This document shows, in pieces, positions 63,251 to 64,000 of a DNA stretch of 64,000 nucleotides. Position numbers and translations under genes: made by a program. The number at the start of each line of letters is the position of its first letter. Within the stretch, counting starts at the first letter, position 1. A model generated the notes under the pieces. That model searched no databases. It saw only the letters and a program-made list of their open reading frames with translations, and was not told the DNA's origin. The DNA lies in the NCBI RefSeq assembly GCF_021869535.1, contig NW_026262734.1, positions 47,306,001 to 47,370,000 of the forward strand. The letters run 5' to 3'. This stretch comes from Mytilus californianus (lineage: Eukaryota).

Positions 63251-64000
63251 AGGACTAAGTCCTGGTCACAGTTACAATTCAATCTCCTTTACATATCAAA
63301 TAAATGACACAAATCCAAGCTTGTTCGTTTGTGCGAGCACAGTTTACCAGTTTACGTATAGCTAAATAATTTGTCAATCATTTAAAAGATGTTTTAATAA
63401 ATAGAACTACCTTATTGTTTTGTATTGTGTTCATGCGTGAAACACTAGGTTTTTACTAGGTAACATTTGACTGTTAGGTTCCGGTCAAAATGATAAGAGT
63501 CAGGTGAGAGTTATTCACGATAGGCGAATCTCATTTCAAGTGAAATCACAAAGATGTGATCTAGGCCATATAGGCTTTAATAGAGAACTCAACAGAGACG
63601 TAAATGTCAAATTGAAGGCTCGACTAATATCTTACCGAAACGTCATTCATCCCACAATGCAAAACTCTTTCTATTTCTAATTTCAATACTGCATGACATG
63701 TATTTTCGTACTATAAATTTTCATAATATGGTTTGTCAATTTAGATCATATGTTTTCTCGGGTATAAGGTATCAAATTATCTTACAATATCTGTCTTTTG
63801 AATCTGTCAATACGTAGGTTGATTAAAATTTCAAATTCGATATTCATTTCGCACGTTTGATTCAGTTAATATATATTCGAAAGTCAATAAAACTCAGAAA
63901 ATTACCTCATTAAAACAATAATTGTATAATATCGGATGATTTAAATCACTACAAAGACACATAGTTTGTAATAAATCATTTTTGTCGTTTAATTTATAAT

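Overview
Very AT-rich, repeat-dense eukaryotic genomic DNA. It is not prokaryotic: there are no operons, rRNA, tRNA or CRISPR arrays. The repeat families (Penelope-like RT fragments, a minimal hammerhead motif, Helentron/HINE elements, tRNA-derived SINEs) resemble those I recall from mussels (Mytilus-like bivalve); this taxon call is an inference. Only three convincing protein-coding ORFs are present, all on the minus strand and each with an uninterrupted CDS. Two are paralogous stand-alone DEDDy 3'-5' exonucleases (EXD1/Egalitarian-like; 23129-24070 and 45698-46780) with all catalytic residues intact. Between them lies a 287-aa ORF (32526-33389) with HxE...PCx6C motifs of a Zn-dependent AID/APOBEC-like deaminase. 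This exonuclease-deaminase-exonuclease trio is the best candidate for an undescribed nucleic-acid editing/degradation (innate immunity or anti-transposon) locus; its function is inferred, not shown. The rest is transposon debris (Penelope-like elements, decayed hammerhead ribozymes, nested Helentrons with ~500-bp satellite units, a 4-kb CACTG-ended element, MITEs, SINEs) and local duplications. Most short ORFs in the six-frame track are chance or repeat-derived.
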